A stretch of DNA of 17,031 nucleotides. Origin: Candidatus Hadarchaeota archaeon. Lineage in GTDB: Archaea; Hadarchaeota; Hadarchaeia; Hadarchaeales; Hadarchaeaceae. Made by a program: the position numbers and the translations under genes. Of the stretch, positions 1 through 9,227 are shown one piece after another. The notes below the pieces were generated by a model that worked only from the letters and a program-made list of their open reading frames with translations, ran no database searches and had not been told where the DNA came from. Numbering within the stretch: the stretch's first letter is position 1; each line of letters begins with the position of its first letter. The stretch covers positions 1 to 17,031 of the forward strand of contig JBFMBF010000025.1 of NCBI GenBank assembly GCA_040755315.1. The letters run 5' to 3'.

Positions 1-85
1 TGGGCCCGCGGGGATTCGAACCCCGGTAACTACCGATCCCAGACTTCTTGTGAGGGTAGTGTCTTAACCACTGGACCACGGGCCC
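1..85 (-). tRNA. tRNA-Val(CAC) with 13-nt intron at canonical position 37/38 (intron 36..48)
   Basis: Reverse complement folds as acceptor GGGCCCG/CGGGCCC + A73, D stem GTC/GAC, anticodon stem CTACC/GGTAG, loop CT-CAC-A[AGAAGTCTGGGAT]C, T arm CGGGG-TTCGAAT-CCCCG. Bulge-helix-bulge: CTCA pairs with intron TGGG, with 3-nt bulges CAA and ATC. Confidence 0.95.
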
Positions 86-106
86 AAAATCAACTTGTGG
101 CGTTGG

Positions 107-114
107 TTATAAAA
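107..114 (-). promoter_or_regulatory. TATA box of tRNA-Val
   Basis: TTTTATAA on the minus strand, 22-29 nt upstream of the tRNA 5' end. Confidence 0.6.
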
Positions 115-132
115 TTGGAGGTGCTAGAAGCG

Positions 133-1101
133 CTACTTCATCCGCGCGGCCACGAGTCCGAAGTGCGCGAGCATTGCCTCCAGTTGTATCCTCTCGTTCG
201 CCCCCTGAGTGAGTCTGAATGAGAACTCGCCGAGCCTGTCCACCAGCTCAACCTTTGCACGTTCCGGCAACTCCATACTGAATATCACCCTGTGAACCTG
301 ATCGATCACATCCTCGCCCGCCAGCCCCTGATCAATCAGAAGAGTCTGAAGTTTTTCCCTAGCCTCCAAGAACCTTCCTGAGAACGCGAGTTCAATCATT
401 CTCCTGACATCCTCCGGCTTGGCGGCTGAGCTCACGTCATAGACACTTTTTTCAGTCACCTTCTTCCCGACGGCTGCGGCGGCCTGAAGGACATTCACTG
501 CCTTTCTCATGTCGCCGCCGCTCGCCTGGATCACCGCCTTCATCCCCTCCGGAGCCAACGTGAGCTTCTCGCCCCTGCCAATCTTGCTCAGCATTTTCTT
601 GATGTCTTCCTCGGAAAGTCTCTTAAACTTGAAGACGGCGCACCTCGACTGGATTGGTTCTATGATGCGGCTTGAATAGTTGCAGTCAAGGATGAACCTG
701 CACGTGTGAGTGAACATTTCCATTGTCCTGCGGAGGGCGTGCTGGGCGTCGGATGTCAAGGCGTCGCTCTCGTCGAGAAGAATTATTTTATGGGGGATGT
801 CACCAATGGGCCTCGTGCGTGCGTAGTCCTTGACCTTCGTCCTGATAGTGTCTATCCCGCGCTCGTCGCTGGCGTTGAGCTCGAGAAGGTTCTGCCTCCA
901 CCCGTCGCCGAAGAGCTCGCGCGCTATGCAGAGGGCTGCCGTGGTCTTCCCGGTCCCGGCTGGCCCGGCGAAGAGCAGGTGGGGCAGCGACTTCTTCGCC
1001 ACGAAGCTCTCCAGCCTCGACACCACCTCTTCCTGCCCGACCATCTCGGCAAGCTTCTTGGGCCGGTACTTCTCGACCCAGATTTCCTCGGTCTCTTCCA
1101 T
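133..1101 (-). CDS. rfcS: Replication factor C small subunit
   Basis: WVEKYRP, Walker A GPAGTGKTT, LELNASDERG, Walker B IILLDESD, SRC motif (PIQSRC); 322 aa, no intein. Confidence 0.97.
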   Translation of the reverse strand: MEETEEIWVEKYRPKKLAEMVGQEEVVSRLESFVAKKSLPHLLFAGPAGTGKTTAALCIARELFGDGWRQNLLELNASDERGIDTIRTKVKDYARTRPIGDIPHKIILLDESDALTSDAQHALRRTMEMFTHTCRFILDCNYSSRIIEPIQSRCAVFKFKRLSEEDIKKMLSKIGRGEKLTLAPEGMKAVIQASGGDMRKAVNVLQAAAAVGKKVTEKSVYDVSSAAKPEDVRRMIELAFSGRFLEAREKLQTLLIDQGLAGEDVIDQVHRVIFSMELPERAKVELVDRLGEFSFRLTQGANERIQLEAMLAHFGLVAARMK

Positions 1102-1159
1102 GCACTCCCTTCAAGGCTCCTCCGCCAGCTTCTAAACACTTTCGGATGTTTCCCGCAGA

Positions 1160-1166
1160 TTTTAAG
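1160..1166 (+). promoter_or_regulatory. Probable TATA box of ileS in the divergent rfcS/ileS intergenic region
   Basis: TTTTAAG ending 27 nt before the ATG at 1193. Confidence 0.45.
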
Positions 1167-1192
1167 GGGTGGGCGTAAATTAGGTTGGAACC

Positions 1193-4100
1193 ATGATACA
1201 ACCTGCGGCGAAGGTTTATGGCGCCATGAAGGCGGAGAAGGAAACTCAGGAGTGGTGGGAATCCACAAAAATCTACGAGAAGGTGAAGGCGCTCCACTCT
1301 GCTGAAAAGCCCTGGTATTTCCTTGACGGCCCACCTTACGCCAGCGGCTCCATCCACCTCGGCACTGCTTGGAACAAGATAATAAAAGATGCAATCCTGC
1401 GCTACAAGACGATGTGCGGCTTCAACGTCCGCCGCCAGCCAGGGTGGGACTGCCACGGCCTTCCGATCGAGGTGAAGGTCGAGGAGAAACTCGGCGTGAA
1501 GACAAAGAAGGAAATCGAGGAAAAAATCGGGGTCGAAAAATTCATCCAGAGCTGCAAGGACTGGGCCCTCGAACACGTCACGATAATGACGGACCAATTC
1601 AAGAAGCTCGGTGTCTGGATGGACTGGGATGATCCTTACATCACTTTCAAAAACGACTACATCGAGTCGGCCTGGTGGACAGTCAAGAGGGCCTACGAGA
1701 GGAACCTGCTCAGGAAGGACCTCCGCGTCATCCACTGGTGCCCAAGGTGTGAGACGGCACTGGCAGAGCACGAGGTCAGGGGGGAGTACTACGACGACCG
1801 AGACCCATCTATTCACGTCCGCTTCAGGCTGCGCGACCGGCCCAACGAGTACCTTTTGATATGGACAACCACACCATGGACCCTGCCAGCCGATGTCGCC
1901 GTCTGCGTCCACCCAGAACACCCCTACGCGAGGGTGCAGGTCGGTGAGGATATTTACATCCTGGCCGAGGCGCTGGCAGACAAGACGATGTCGGAACTGG
2001 AGCTCAAAGATTACAAGATCATCGAGAGAAAGAAAGGTGCTGAACTTGAAGGGCTGAAGTACGAGCACCCGTTGCTTGAGGAGGTCCCAAAACAAAAGGA
2101 GTACATCGAACAACACCGCGTGATCTGCGGAGACCACGTCACCCTGGAAGAGGGGACGGGCTGCGTACACACAGCACCGGGCCATGGAGAGGAAGATTTT
2201 GCCATCGGTTCAAAATACAACCTGCCGGTCTTCAGCCCGGTCGGAGCGGACGGGAAGTTCACCGCGGACGCCGGCAAATACTCCGGGATATTTGTCAAGG
2301 CCGCCGACTCTGTGATTACAGAGGACTTGAAGAAAAAGGGGACGCTCATGAAGCACGGGATTGTCCTCCACTCCTACCCCCACTGCTGGAGGTGCCAGAC
2401 GCCGCTGATCTTCCGGGCGACCGACCAGTGGTTCCTGATCGTGAAGGAGATGAAGCCCCTCATCCTTGAGAAGAACTCCAAGGGGGCAAAGTGGGTGCCC
2501 GACTGGGTCGCGACGAGATATTCAAACGGGGTGGAGTCTGTCGGAGACTGGTGCATCTCCCGCCAGCGGTACTGGGGCATCCCGATTCCAATCTGGGTCT
2601 GCGCAAGTTGCGGCGACATCGCGGTGGTGGGAGGGCTTGAAGAGCTCCAGAAGCTCTCGGAGAAACAGCTGGGAGAGCTGGACCTGCACCGCCCGGGAGT
2701 AGACGCAGTCACGACAAAGTGCCAGAAGTGCGGCGGGGAGTCAAAGCGGGTCCCCGATGTGCTCGACGTCTGGTTTGATTCTGGGGTGGCTTCATGGGCC
2801 AGTCTGAAGTACCCAAAGGCGGAAGATGATTTCAAGAAGTTATGGCCCAGCGAATTCATCACGGAGGGGGAGGACCAAGTAACAAAGTGGTTCTACAGCC
2901 AGCAGGTCCTCTCGGTTGTGGCGCTGGAGGACGTGCCTTACAAGAATGTTCTGATGCACGGCTTTGTACTGGACGAAAAGGGACGGAAGATGTCAAAGTC
3001 TCTTGGCAACGTGATAGATCCTGGGGAAGTCGTGGAGAAGTACGGTGCTGACGTTCTTAGGTTTTACATGCTGTCCACCAACCCGCCCTGGGAAGACCTG
3101 AAGTTCAGCCGGACCGGCATCGACATCGTGAACAAGATGATAAACGTCCTGTGGAACGTCCATGTCTTCACGACAAACTACATGGCGCTGGACATGTTTG
3201 ACCCGAACTCTGTGGACATCGGGATTGTGAGGGAGAACTTCTCGAAGGAGGATCTCTGGCTTCTCTCCAGAGTGAGCAACCTCGCGAGCGAAGTCGGGCA
3301 GGCCATGGAGGCGCTGGACCTACACAGGGCGACGAGGGCCATCTCCACCTTCATACTTGAGGATTTGAGCAGGTGGTACATCCGCTTGATTAGGGAAAGA
3401 GTATGGATAGAAAGGGATGACCCAAAAAAGCTGGCGGCCTATGTTGCTCTTTACCAGACCATGCACGTGCTCATGAGAGTTATGGCGCCCTTCACGCCCC
3501 ATGTCACGGAATTCATCTACAGGGACCTGGTAAGGGCCGTCTTCAAGGATGCTCCGGAAAGCGTGCACATGCTTCCGTGGGTCTCCTCCGACGAGCTTTC
3601 AACAGATCAAAATCTGGAAGAGGGGATGGAAGCTGTCAGGAAGGTTGTGGAAGTCGCCGCCAAGCTCAGGCAGGACGCGGGGATAAAGCTTAGGTGGCCA
3701 GTCAGCAGTGCTTTGATAAAAGTCTCGGACGAGGCGACAATCAAAAAACTGGCGGGGCTGGAGAGGCTGCTCCAGAGCCAGCTGAACTGCAAGGAACTCC
3801 GCCTCCTCCTGCCCAGTGAAAACATGTTCGGGCAGAAACTGAAGCCGAGCGAGAAAAAGCTGAAGGAAAATTTCGGCGGACTGGCGCCCTTGGTGGCCGC
3901 CGCTGTCATGAGGCTCGGAGTGGACAGGGTAACAGAGGCAATCAAACACCAGGGTTTCGTCGGGCTCAATGTTGGCGGGAGAAAAATCCAAGTCCCGGCG
4001 GATGCCGTAAGTTTTGAGGAAGAAGTAGAAGAAGGTTTCGCCATGGCGGACACTGAAGTGGGGAAGCTGGCAATTGACACAAAAATAACACCTGAGCTAA

Positions 4101-4375
4101 AGGCGGAGGGCCTGGCGAGAGAACTCGGGCGGAGGCTGCAGATGATGAGGAAGGAGATGGACCTGGGGATGGAGGAGAGGGTCGATGTCGTGATCGGCGT
4201 CCCAAGCGGCGAGGAGCTGAAGCTGCTGGCTGGCCAGAGGTCCTACCTCACAAGAGAAGTCAGGATAAATCTTCTCAAGATCTGCCTGCAGAAGGAGGTT
4301 TCCGGGGAAGGGCAACTGAAGGACTGGAAAATAGACGAAAACAACTTCAGGCTTTTACTGAAGCCGCTGGACTAG
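1193..4375 (+). CDS. ileS: Isoleucine--tRNA ligase (archaeal/eukaryote-type IleRS)
   Basis: DGPPYASGSIHLGT (HIGH motif), GWDCHGLPIE, WTTTPWTLP, GTGCVHTAPGHG, WCISRQRYWG, KMSKS, several CxxC zinc knuckles; 1060 aa. Confidence 0.98.
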   Translation: MIQPAAKVYGAMKAEKETQEWWESTKIYEKVKALHSAEKPWYFLDGPPYASGSIHLGTAWNKIIKDAILRYKTMCGFNVRRQPGWDCHGLPIEVKVEEKLGVKTKKEIEEKIGVEKFIQSCKDWALEHVTIMTDQFKKLGVWMDWDDPYITFKNDYIESAWWTVKRAYERNLLRKDLRVIHWCPRCETALAEHEVRGEYYDDRDPSIHVRFRLRDRPNEYLLIWTTTPWTLPADVAVCVHPEHPYARVQVGEDIYILAEALADKTMSELELKDYKIIERKKGAELEGLKYEHPLLEEVPKQKEYIEQHRVICGDHVTLEEGTGCVHTAPGHGEEDFAIGSKYNLPVFSPVGADGKFTADAGKYSGIFVKAADSVITEDLKKKGTLMKHGIVLHSYPHCWRCQTPLIFRATDQWFLIVKEMKPLILEKNSKGAKWVPDWVATRYSNGVESVGDWCISRQRYWGIPIPIWVCASCGDIAVVGGLEELQKLSEKQLGELDLHRPGVDAVTTKCQKCGGESKRVPDVLDVWFDSGVASWASLKYPKAEDDFKKLWPSEFITEGEDQVTKWFYSQQVLSVVALEDVPYKNVLMHGFVLDEKGRKMSKSLGNVIDPGEVVEKYGADVLRFYMLSTNPPWEDLKFSRTGIDIVNKMINVLWNVHVFTTNYMALDMFDPNSVDIGIVRENFSKEDLWLLSRVSNLASEVGQAMEALDLHRATRAISTFILEDLSRWYIRLIRERVWIERDDPKKLAAYVALYQTMHVLMRVMAPFTPHVTEFIYRDLVRAVFKDAPESVHMLPWVSSDELSTDQNLEEGMEAVRKVVEVAAKLRQDAGIKLRWPVSSALIKVSDEATIKKLAGLERLLQSQLNCKELRLLLPSENMFGQKLKPSEKKLKENFGGLAPLVAAAVMRLGVDRVTEAIKHQGFVGLNVGGRKIQVPADAVSFEEEVEEGFAMADTEVGKLAIDTKITPELKAEGLARELGRRLQMMRKEMDLGMEERVDVVIGVPSGEELKLLAGQRSYLTREVRINLLKICLQKEVSGEGQLKDWKIDENNFRLLLKPLD

Positions 4376-4761
4376 ACCTTCACCATCTTTTGGACTTTCT
4401 TCAGCATGGCCTTCTCGTATTTGTCAAGCAGAACCTTGCGGGCGCGCTCGAGCCGCCTTATCTTCACCACGATTCTGTGCACGAACACCGCGGTGATCAT
4501 TACTGGAACCGCCATGGCGATTATTATCAGGGGGATCCACACGCCGTGGGTGTTGAACAGTATATGGAAGCCTGTGAACACCATCACCCCGAACAGGAAC
4601 ATCAGGAGGCCTACCAACCAGGAGGCTATGCCCATCTTCATCATGTTCTTGGCGAAGATCCACTGGGTCCTCCTCAAGTGATACAGGTCACGCTCGATTA
4701 TCTGGAGTTCCCGCTTTGCATCCCTGGCCTTCGTGGCTTCTTGCATACAGTTGATTTTCAT
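4372..4761 (-). CDS. Hypothetical membrane protein (two TM helices flanked by charged helices)
   Basis: Fills the ileS-hmgA gap. Two long hydrophobic segments (GIASWLVGLLMFLFGVMVF; VWIPLIIIAMAVPVMITAVFV). Start moved to ATG 4761 (4746 also possible) to avoid overlapping the divergent gene; stop overlaps the ileS stop by 4 nt. Confidence 0.75.
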   Translation of the reverse strand: MKINCMQEATKARDAKRELQIIERDLYHLRRTQWIFAKNMMKMGIASWLVGLLMFLFGVMVFTGFHILFNTHGVWIPLIIIAMAVPVMITAVFVHRIVVKIRRLERARKVLLDKYEKAMLKKVQKMVKV

Positions 4762-4808
4762 GGAAGAACGATTTATAGCTAATGATTGAATGTTTAAGGG
4801 GTGAAATT

Positions 4809-6083
4809 GTGAAGACATCCGAACTGCCCGGGTTTTACAAGTTGACGCCGCAGGAGAGGCTGAAGCTGGTGAAGGAGTTTGCCGGGCTGACTGACCTTGA
4901 GGTGGAGCTGCTCCAGGGCACCGGAGCTCTCCCGCTTGACCAAGCCAACAGGATGATAGAAAATGTGATTGGGGCCACTCATTTTCCTCTTGGCATAGCC
5001 ACCAACTTCCTGATCAACGGGAGGGACTACCTCATCCCGATGGCGACTGAAGAGCCTTCGGTCGTGGCCGCGGCTTCAAACGCGGCGAAGATTGCCCGGG
5101 CTAAAGGTGGATTCATGACCGAAAGCACCATTCCAGTGATGATTGGGCAAATTCAGCTGACGGGGGTTAAGGACAGATATTGGGCAAAGCAGAGAATCCT
5201 GGGTGCAAAAGAGGAACTACTGAAGATGGCAAACCAGAGGGACCCTGTCCTAGTGAAGTTTGGGGGCGGGGCGGTAGACCTTGAAGTAAGGGAGCTGGAG
5301 ACCCAAAAGGGGCCGATGATTATCCTGCATCTGCTGGTGGACGTAAAGGACGCTATGGGGGCAAACGTCGTGAACACCATGTGCGAGGCGATCTCACCTG
5401 TCGTAGAGGAACTTACGGAAGGAAAGGCATTCCTCAGGATAGTCTCCAACCTGGCAGTACACAGGCTGGCCTCCGCCAAGGCAGTCTTTTCAGCTGAAGC
5501 ATTGGGGGGGGAGGATGTTGTTGATGGAGTCCTCCAAGCTTATGCATTTGCCGCGGCAGACCCCTACCGCTGCGCCACCCACAACAAGGGGGCGATGAAC
5601 GGGGTCATCGGGGTGGCGCTTGCGACCGCGAACGACACCCGCGCCCTGGAGGCCGGGGCGCACGCTTACGCTGCCATAGAGGGGGCTTACAAGCCACTCA
5701 GCGAATGGACGAAAACTTTGGATGGGGATCTCGTTGGCAAGATCGAGATTCCGGTGGCCCTCGGGATAATCGGCGGCGCCACGGCCGTCCACCCTATAGC
5801 AAAAATATGCAGGAAGATTCTTGACGTGAAATCAGCACGGGAACTTGGAGAGGTGATGGCTGCTGTGGGATTGGCAAACAACCTGGCGGCGATGAGGGCG
5901 CTGGCGACGGAAGGGATTCAAAAGGGTCACATGAAGCTGCACGCTCGGAACATCGCGGCAATGGCAGGGGCGGAGGGAGACCTTGCGGACGCTGTGGCGG
6001 CCAGGCTAGCCAAGGAAGGAAACATCAGGATTGACCGGGCGAAAGAAATACTGGATGAATTAAAAAAGGGCGGGAAAAAGTAA
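4809..6083 (+). CDS. hmgA: Hydroxymethylglutaryl-CoA reductase, class II (bacterial/degradative type)
   Basis: MIENVIG, PMATEEPSVVAAAS, DAMGANVVNT, ATHNKG, GIQKGHMKLH. GTG start at 4809 is preceded by the SD-like GGGGTGA. Confidence 0.95.
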   Translation: MKTSELPGFYKLTPQERLKLVKEFAGLTDLEVELLQGTGALPLDQANRMIENVIGATHFPLGIATNFLINGRDYLIPMATEEPSVVAAASNAAKIARAKGGFMTESTIPVMIGQIQLTGVKDRYWAKQRILGAKEELLKMANQRDPVLVKFGGGAVDLEVRELETQKGPMIILHLLVDVKDAMGANVVNTMCEAISPVVEELTEGKAFLRIVSNLAVHRLASAKAVFSAEALGGEDVVDGVLQAYAFAAADPYRCATHNKGAMNGVIGVALATANDTRALEAGAHAYAAIEGAYKPLSEWTKTLDGDLVGKIEIPVALGIIGGATAVHPIAKICRKILDVKSARELGEVMAAVGLANNLAAMRALATEGIQKGHMKLHARNIAAMAGAEGDLADAVAARLAKEGNIRIDRAKEILDELKKGGKK

Positions 6084-6091
6084 CAAAAGGA

Positions 6092-6104
6092 TTTTTCAGT
6101 TTTT
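6092..6104 (+). terminator. Probable oligo-T terminator after hmgA
   Basis: TTTTTCAGTTTTT about 9 nt after the stop codon. Confidence 0.45.
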
Positions 6105-6128
6105 AGGGAATACTTTCGGCCACCTCTT

Positions 6129-6144
6129 CAAAAAAACCTTTAAG
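6129..6144 (+). promoter_or_regulatory. BRE/TATA promoter of the rpa-radA operon
   Basis: A-rich run followed by CC-TTTAAG, ending 30 nt before ATG 6174. Confidence 0.55.
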
Positions 6145-6173
6145 TGTCTGGGTTAGTTGTTTCGAGGCTGGCA

Positions 6174-8225
6174 ATGGATCTTGAACAGATGGTCCAAAAG
6201 ATCTTGGGCGCGGGAATAACCCGTGACGAGGCGATGGTCAGGATAAGGAAAAAACAGGAGGAGTTTGGACTTCTCACCCCCGAGGGGGCGGCGTCGATAG
6301 TGGCCCGCGAGCTGGGGGTGGTAATAGAAAGGGAGGAGACAGAAGTAAGGCCTTTGTATATTGGGGATTTGGTTCCACAGATGTCAAAAGTGGACATCGT
6401 CGGGCGTGTGGTGAGGGTTTACGAGCCGAAGGAATTCCCAAGGCAAAGCGGGAAGCCGGGGATGAGGGGTGGGCTGCTCCTCCACGACAGCACTGGCGCC
6501 ATCAGGCTGGCGCTTTGGGACGAAAAGACCGACCTCATAAAGGAAGGGATGATTAAAAAGGGAGACGTGGTCAAGGTTGTTAACTCTTACGTCAGGCGGG
6601 GGGTGGACAAACGGCTTGAGCTTTCCCTGGGGATGCGCGGCAACATCACTGTCGACCCAGACGACCCGCGGGTCCAGGAGCTCCCCCCGTTGGTAGAAGG
6701 AGTTGTGAGGCTTGTGGATTTGAAGCCCGAGATGAGGGAGGTGGATGTCGTCGGGAGAGTGGTGTCGACGAGCGAGATGAGAAGCTTTGAAAGACCTGAC
6801 GGGACGCAGGGGAAAGTATCATCAGTAATTTTAACGGACTCAAGCGGGAGGGCGGTCAGGGTTTCTCTCTGGAATGGCTGGGCGGAGGCCGCGAAGGACC
6901 TTGGACGCAACGATCTGGTGAAGCTTGAAGCAGCGTTCGTGAAGCCGGGGATGAGGGGGCAGGCGGAGCTGAGCCTTGGGTCCCAGGGACGCCTTGTCAA
7001 GAATCCGCAGGTTGAAGTGGAAATCCCTGAGGTGCCGCTCAGACCCTTGAAGATAAGCGAGGTGGAGGCTGGCGTGCCTTCCTTTGACTTGGCCGCAAAA
7101 GTCAGGAGAAAGCTGCAGCCGGTTGAGTTCAAGCGGGCCAACGGCAGTCTCGGGCGGGTGGTGAGCCTGATCCTTGCAGACGAGAGCAGGACAATCAGGG
7201 CCTCATTCTGGGACGCGGCAGTCGAGTTGGTCCAGAATGTTCGGGCGGGGGATACCCTGCTGGTCAAAAATGCATATTCAAAGGTCGGGATTGGCGGAGC
7301 CGTCGAGGTTCACGTGGGCAATTCCGGCGGTGTTGAAATAAACCCGGTAGGAGTCGACGTCGGGGAGCTCAGGCCGATGATGATGAAGCTGGAGGAGCTG
7401 GGACCGAACATGGAATGCATTGAGGTCGTCGGAAGGGTTCTGGATGCTTCTCGGCCACGAGAGTTCACGAGGGCGGACGGGAGTAGGGGGATGGTTTCAA
7501 CTTTGAAGATTTCAGACGGGACTGCCCAGACCAGGGTATCGCTTTGGAACGAGCTGGCCGGGGTGGCGGAGAAGGTTAAAATCGGGGATGTCGTCAGGCT
7601 TGTGGACGCATACAGCAGCCCTGGGCAGTTTGAGTCTATTGATCTGCACCTCGGGAGGGCCGGGCGGGCTGAGGTGAACCCGCAGGGGGTGGATGTGCCG
7701 CCGCTGGATGAACTGCAGTTCAAGAAACCTGCCGCAGACAGGAAAACAGTGGCTGAGCTGGACAGGGAGGGGATCAGGGGAGAGGTGAGAGGCACGATCG
7801 TCCAAGTTTTCCACAGGCGGCCGGTCTTTGATGTCTGCCCCAACTGCGGGAGGGGCCTCGGAAGTTCCGACGCGAACCCCATCTGCGGAGAGTGCGGGAA
7901 GGCTGTGGTTCCTGAACAGAGGGTCGTGCTCAGCTTCCTGCTGGATGATGGGACAGGCAACATCAGGGTCGCTATCTTCGGGAAAGCGGTGGAGCAGCTG
8001 TTGGGGATGGACGGGCAGAAGCTGTTCCAATTGTTCAAGACCACCCCAGACTTGGCGAAGTTTTACGATGGGCTGGGGATTGTGGGGCGGGAGGTGGTGG
8101 TAACCGGGGTGACCCGCCATGACAAGTACTTTGATCAGCTTGAGTTGCGAGGCTACGGGGTGACTGCCGCCGAGCCTGAGGAAGAGGCTGGGCGACTGCT
8201 CAAATGGATAAAAGGGGAGACATGA
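6174..8225 (+). CDS. rpa: Replication protein A (multi-OB-fold ssDNA-binding protein with zinc finger)
   Basis: Four repeated OB units (DIVGRV/DVVGRV/DLAAKV/EVVGRV ... D-x-S/T ... LW/FW) plus a C-terminal OB fold with CPNC-x11-CGEC and LDDGTGNIR; directly upstream of radA. Start chosen at ATG 6174 from the TATA position. Confidence 0.92.
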   Translation: MDLEQMVQKILGAGITRDEAMVRIRKKQEEFGLLTPEGAASIVARELGVVIEREETEVRPLYIGDLVPQMSKVDIVGRVVRVYEPKEFPRQSGKPGMRGGLLLHDSTGAIRLALWDEKTDLIKEGMIKKGDVVKVVNSYVRRGVDKRLELSLGMRGNITVDPDDPRVQELPPLVEGVVRLVDLKPEMREVDVVGRVVSTSEMRSFERPDGTQGKVSSVILTDSSGRAVRVSLWNGWAEAAKDLGRNDLVKLEAAFVKPGMRGQAELSLGSQGRLVKNPQVEVEIPEVPLRPLKISEVEAGVPSFDLAAKVRRKLQPVEFKRANGSLGRVVSLILADESRTIRASFWDAAVELVQNVRAGDTLLVKNAYSKVGIGGAVEVHVGNSGGVEINPVGVDVGELRPMMMKLEELGPNMECIEVVGRVLDASRPREFTRADGSRGMVSTLKISDGTAQTRVSLWNELAGVAEKVKIGDVVRLVDAYSSPGQFESIDLHLGRAGRAEVNPQGVDVPPLDELQFKKPAADRKTVAELDREGIRGEVRGTIVQVFHRRPVFDVCPNCGRGLGSSDANPICGECGKAVVPEQRVVLSFLLDDGTGNIRVAIFGKAVEQLLGMDGQKLFQLFKTTPDLAKFYDGLGIVGREVVVTGVTRHDKYFDQLELRGYGVTAAEPEEEAGRLLKWIKGET

Positions 8226-8237
8226 AGGGTGATGGTG

Positions 8238-9215
8238 ATGGCGCAAAAGGACGTTAAAACTATTCAGGACCTGCCAGGGGTCGGGGAGGCCACGGCTGAG
8301 AAGCTGATGGACGCGGGCTACCGGACGGTGGAGTCGATCGCGGTTGCCAGCACCACAGAGCTCTGCGAGGCGGCTGAAATAGGGGAGGCAGTGGCAAAGA
8401 AGATAATCGCCGCCGCCAAGGAGGCGGCCGACGTGGGGACGTTTGTCACGGGCGACAAGGTCCTAGAGCAGAGGAACAGGATAGGGCTGATAAAAACCGG
8501 GAGCCAGAAGCTAGACGAACTGCTGGGGGGTGGGGTGGAGACACAGTCGATAACAGAGGCTTTTGGGGAGTTCGGTTCGGGAAAGACACAGATTGCGCAC
8601 CAGCTTTGCGTCAATGTTCAGCTGCCCGAGGGGAGCGGAGGGCTTGACGGGAAGGCCATCTACATAGACACCGAGAACACTTTCCGGCCCCAGAGGATCT
8701 CCGACATGTCAGTGGGATCGGGGCTCGATCCGCAGAAGGTGCTGCAGAACATTTATTACATGAGGTCGTTCAACACAGACGTCCAGCTGCTGGCGGTGGA
8801 GAAGGCGGAGGAGCTGGCGGAGAAGGAGAAGATCAAGCTCATAGTTGTGGACTCCCTGACCTCCCACTTCAGGGCGGAGTACCAGGGGAGGGGCAGGCTG
8901 GCGGACAGGCAGCAGAAGCTGAACAGGCACATGCAGGCGCTCATGAGGATTGCCACCATGCATGACCTTTCGGTCTTTGTGACAAACCAGGTCCAGGCCA
9001 CTCCAGATATATTCTTCGGCGACCCGACGAGGCCGGTCGGGGGGCATGTGGTGGCCCACCTCGCTACCACCAGGATCTACCTGAGAAAATCAAGGGCTCC
9101 TAACAGGATAGCCAGAATCTACGATAGCCCCAACCTCCCGGAGGGGGAGGTCGTCTTCCAGATCACAGAGCAGGGGATAAGGGACGCTGTTGAGAAGGCC
9201 AAGGGCTCAAAGTAG
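8238..9215 (+). CDS. radA: DNA repair and recombination protein RadA
   Basis: N-terminal HhH ([13 protein letters not shown]), [49 protein letters not shown]. Start could be 8229, 8232 or 8238. Confidence 0.98.
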   Translation: MAQKDVKTIQDLPGVGEATAEKLMDAGYRTVESIAVASTTELCEAAEIGEAVAKKIIAAAKEAADVGTFVTGDKVLEQRNRIGLIKTGSQKLDELLGGGVETQSITEAFGEFGSGKTQIAHQLCVNVQLPEGSGGLDGKAIYIDTENTFRPQRISDMSVGSGLDPQKVLQNIYYMRSFNTDVQLLAVEKAEELAEKEKIKLIVVDSLTSHFRAEYQGRGRLADRQQKLNRHMQALMRIATMHDLSVFVTNQVQATPDIFFGDPTRPVGGHVVAHLATTRIYLRKSRAPNRIARIYDSPNLPEGEVVFQITEQGIRDAVEKAKGSK

Positions 9216-9227
9216 CCGGGCGTCGGG

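Noticed and set aside
1143..1153. 11-mer CGGATGTTTCC shared with 16326-16336, both upstream of minus-strand genes
   Set aside because: A single 11-mer match is expected by chance in a window this size; it is not palindromic and sits at different distances from the starts.
800..2185. 461-aa minus-strand ORF and 199-aa plus-strand ORF 706..1305
   Set aside because: Antisense or alternate-frame shadows of ileS and rfcS with no recognisable motifs; expected in GC-rich coding DNA.
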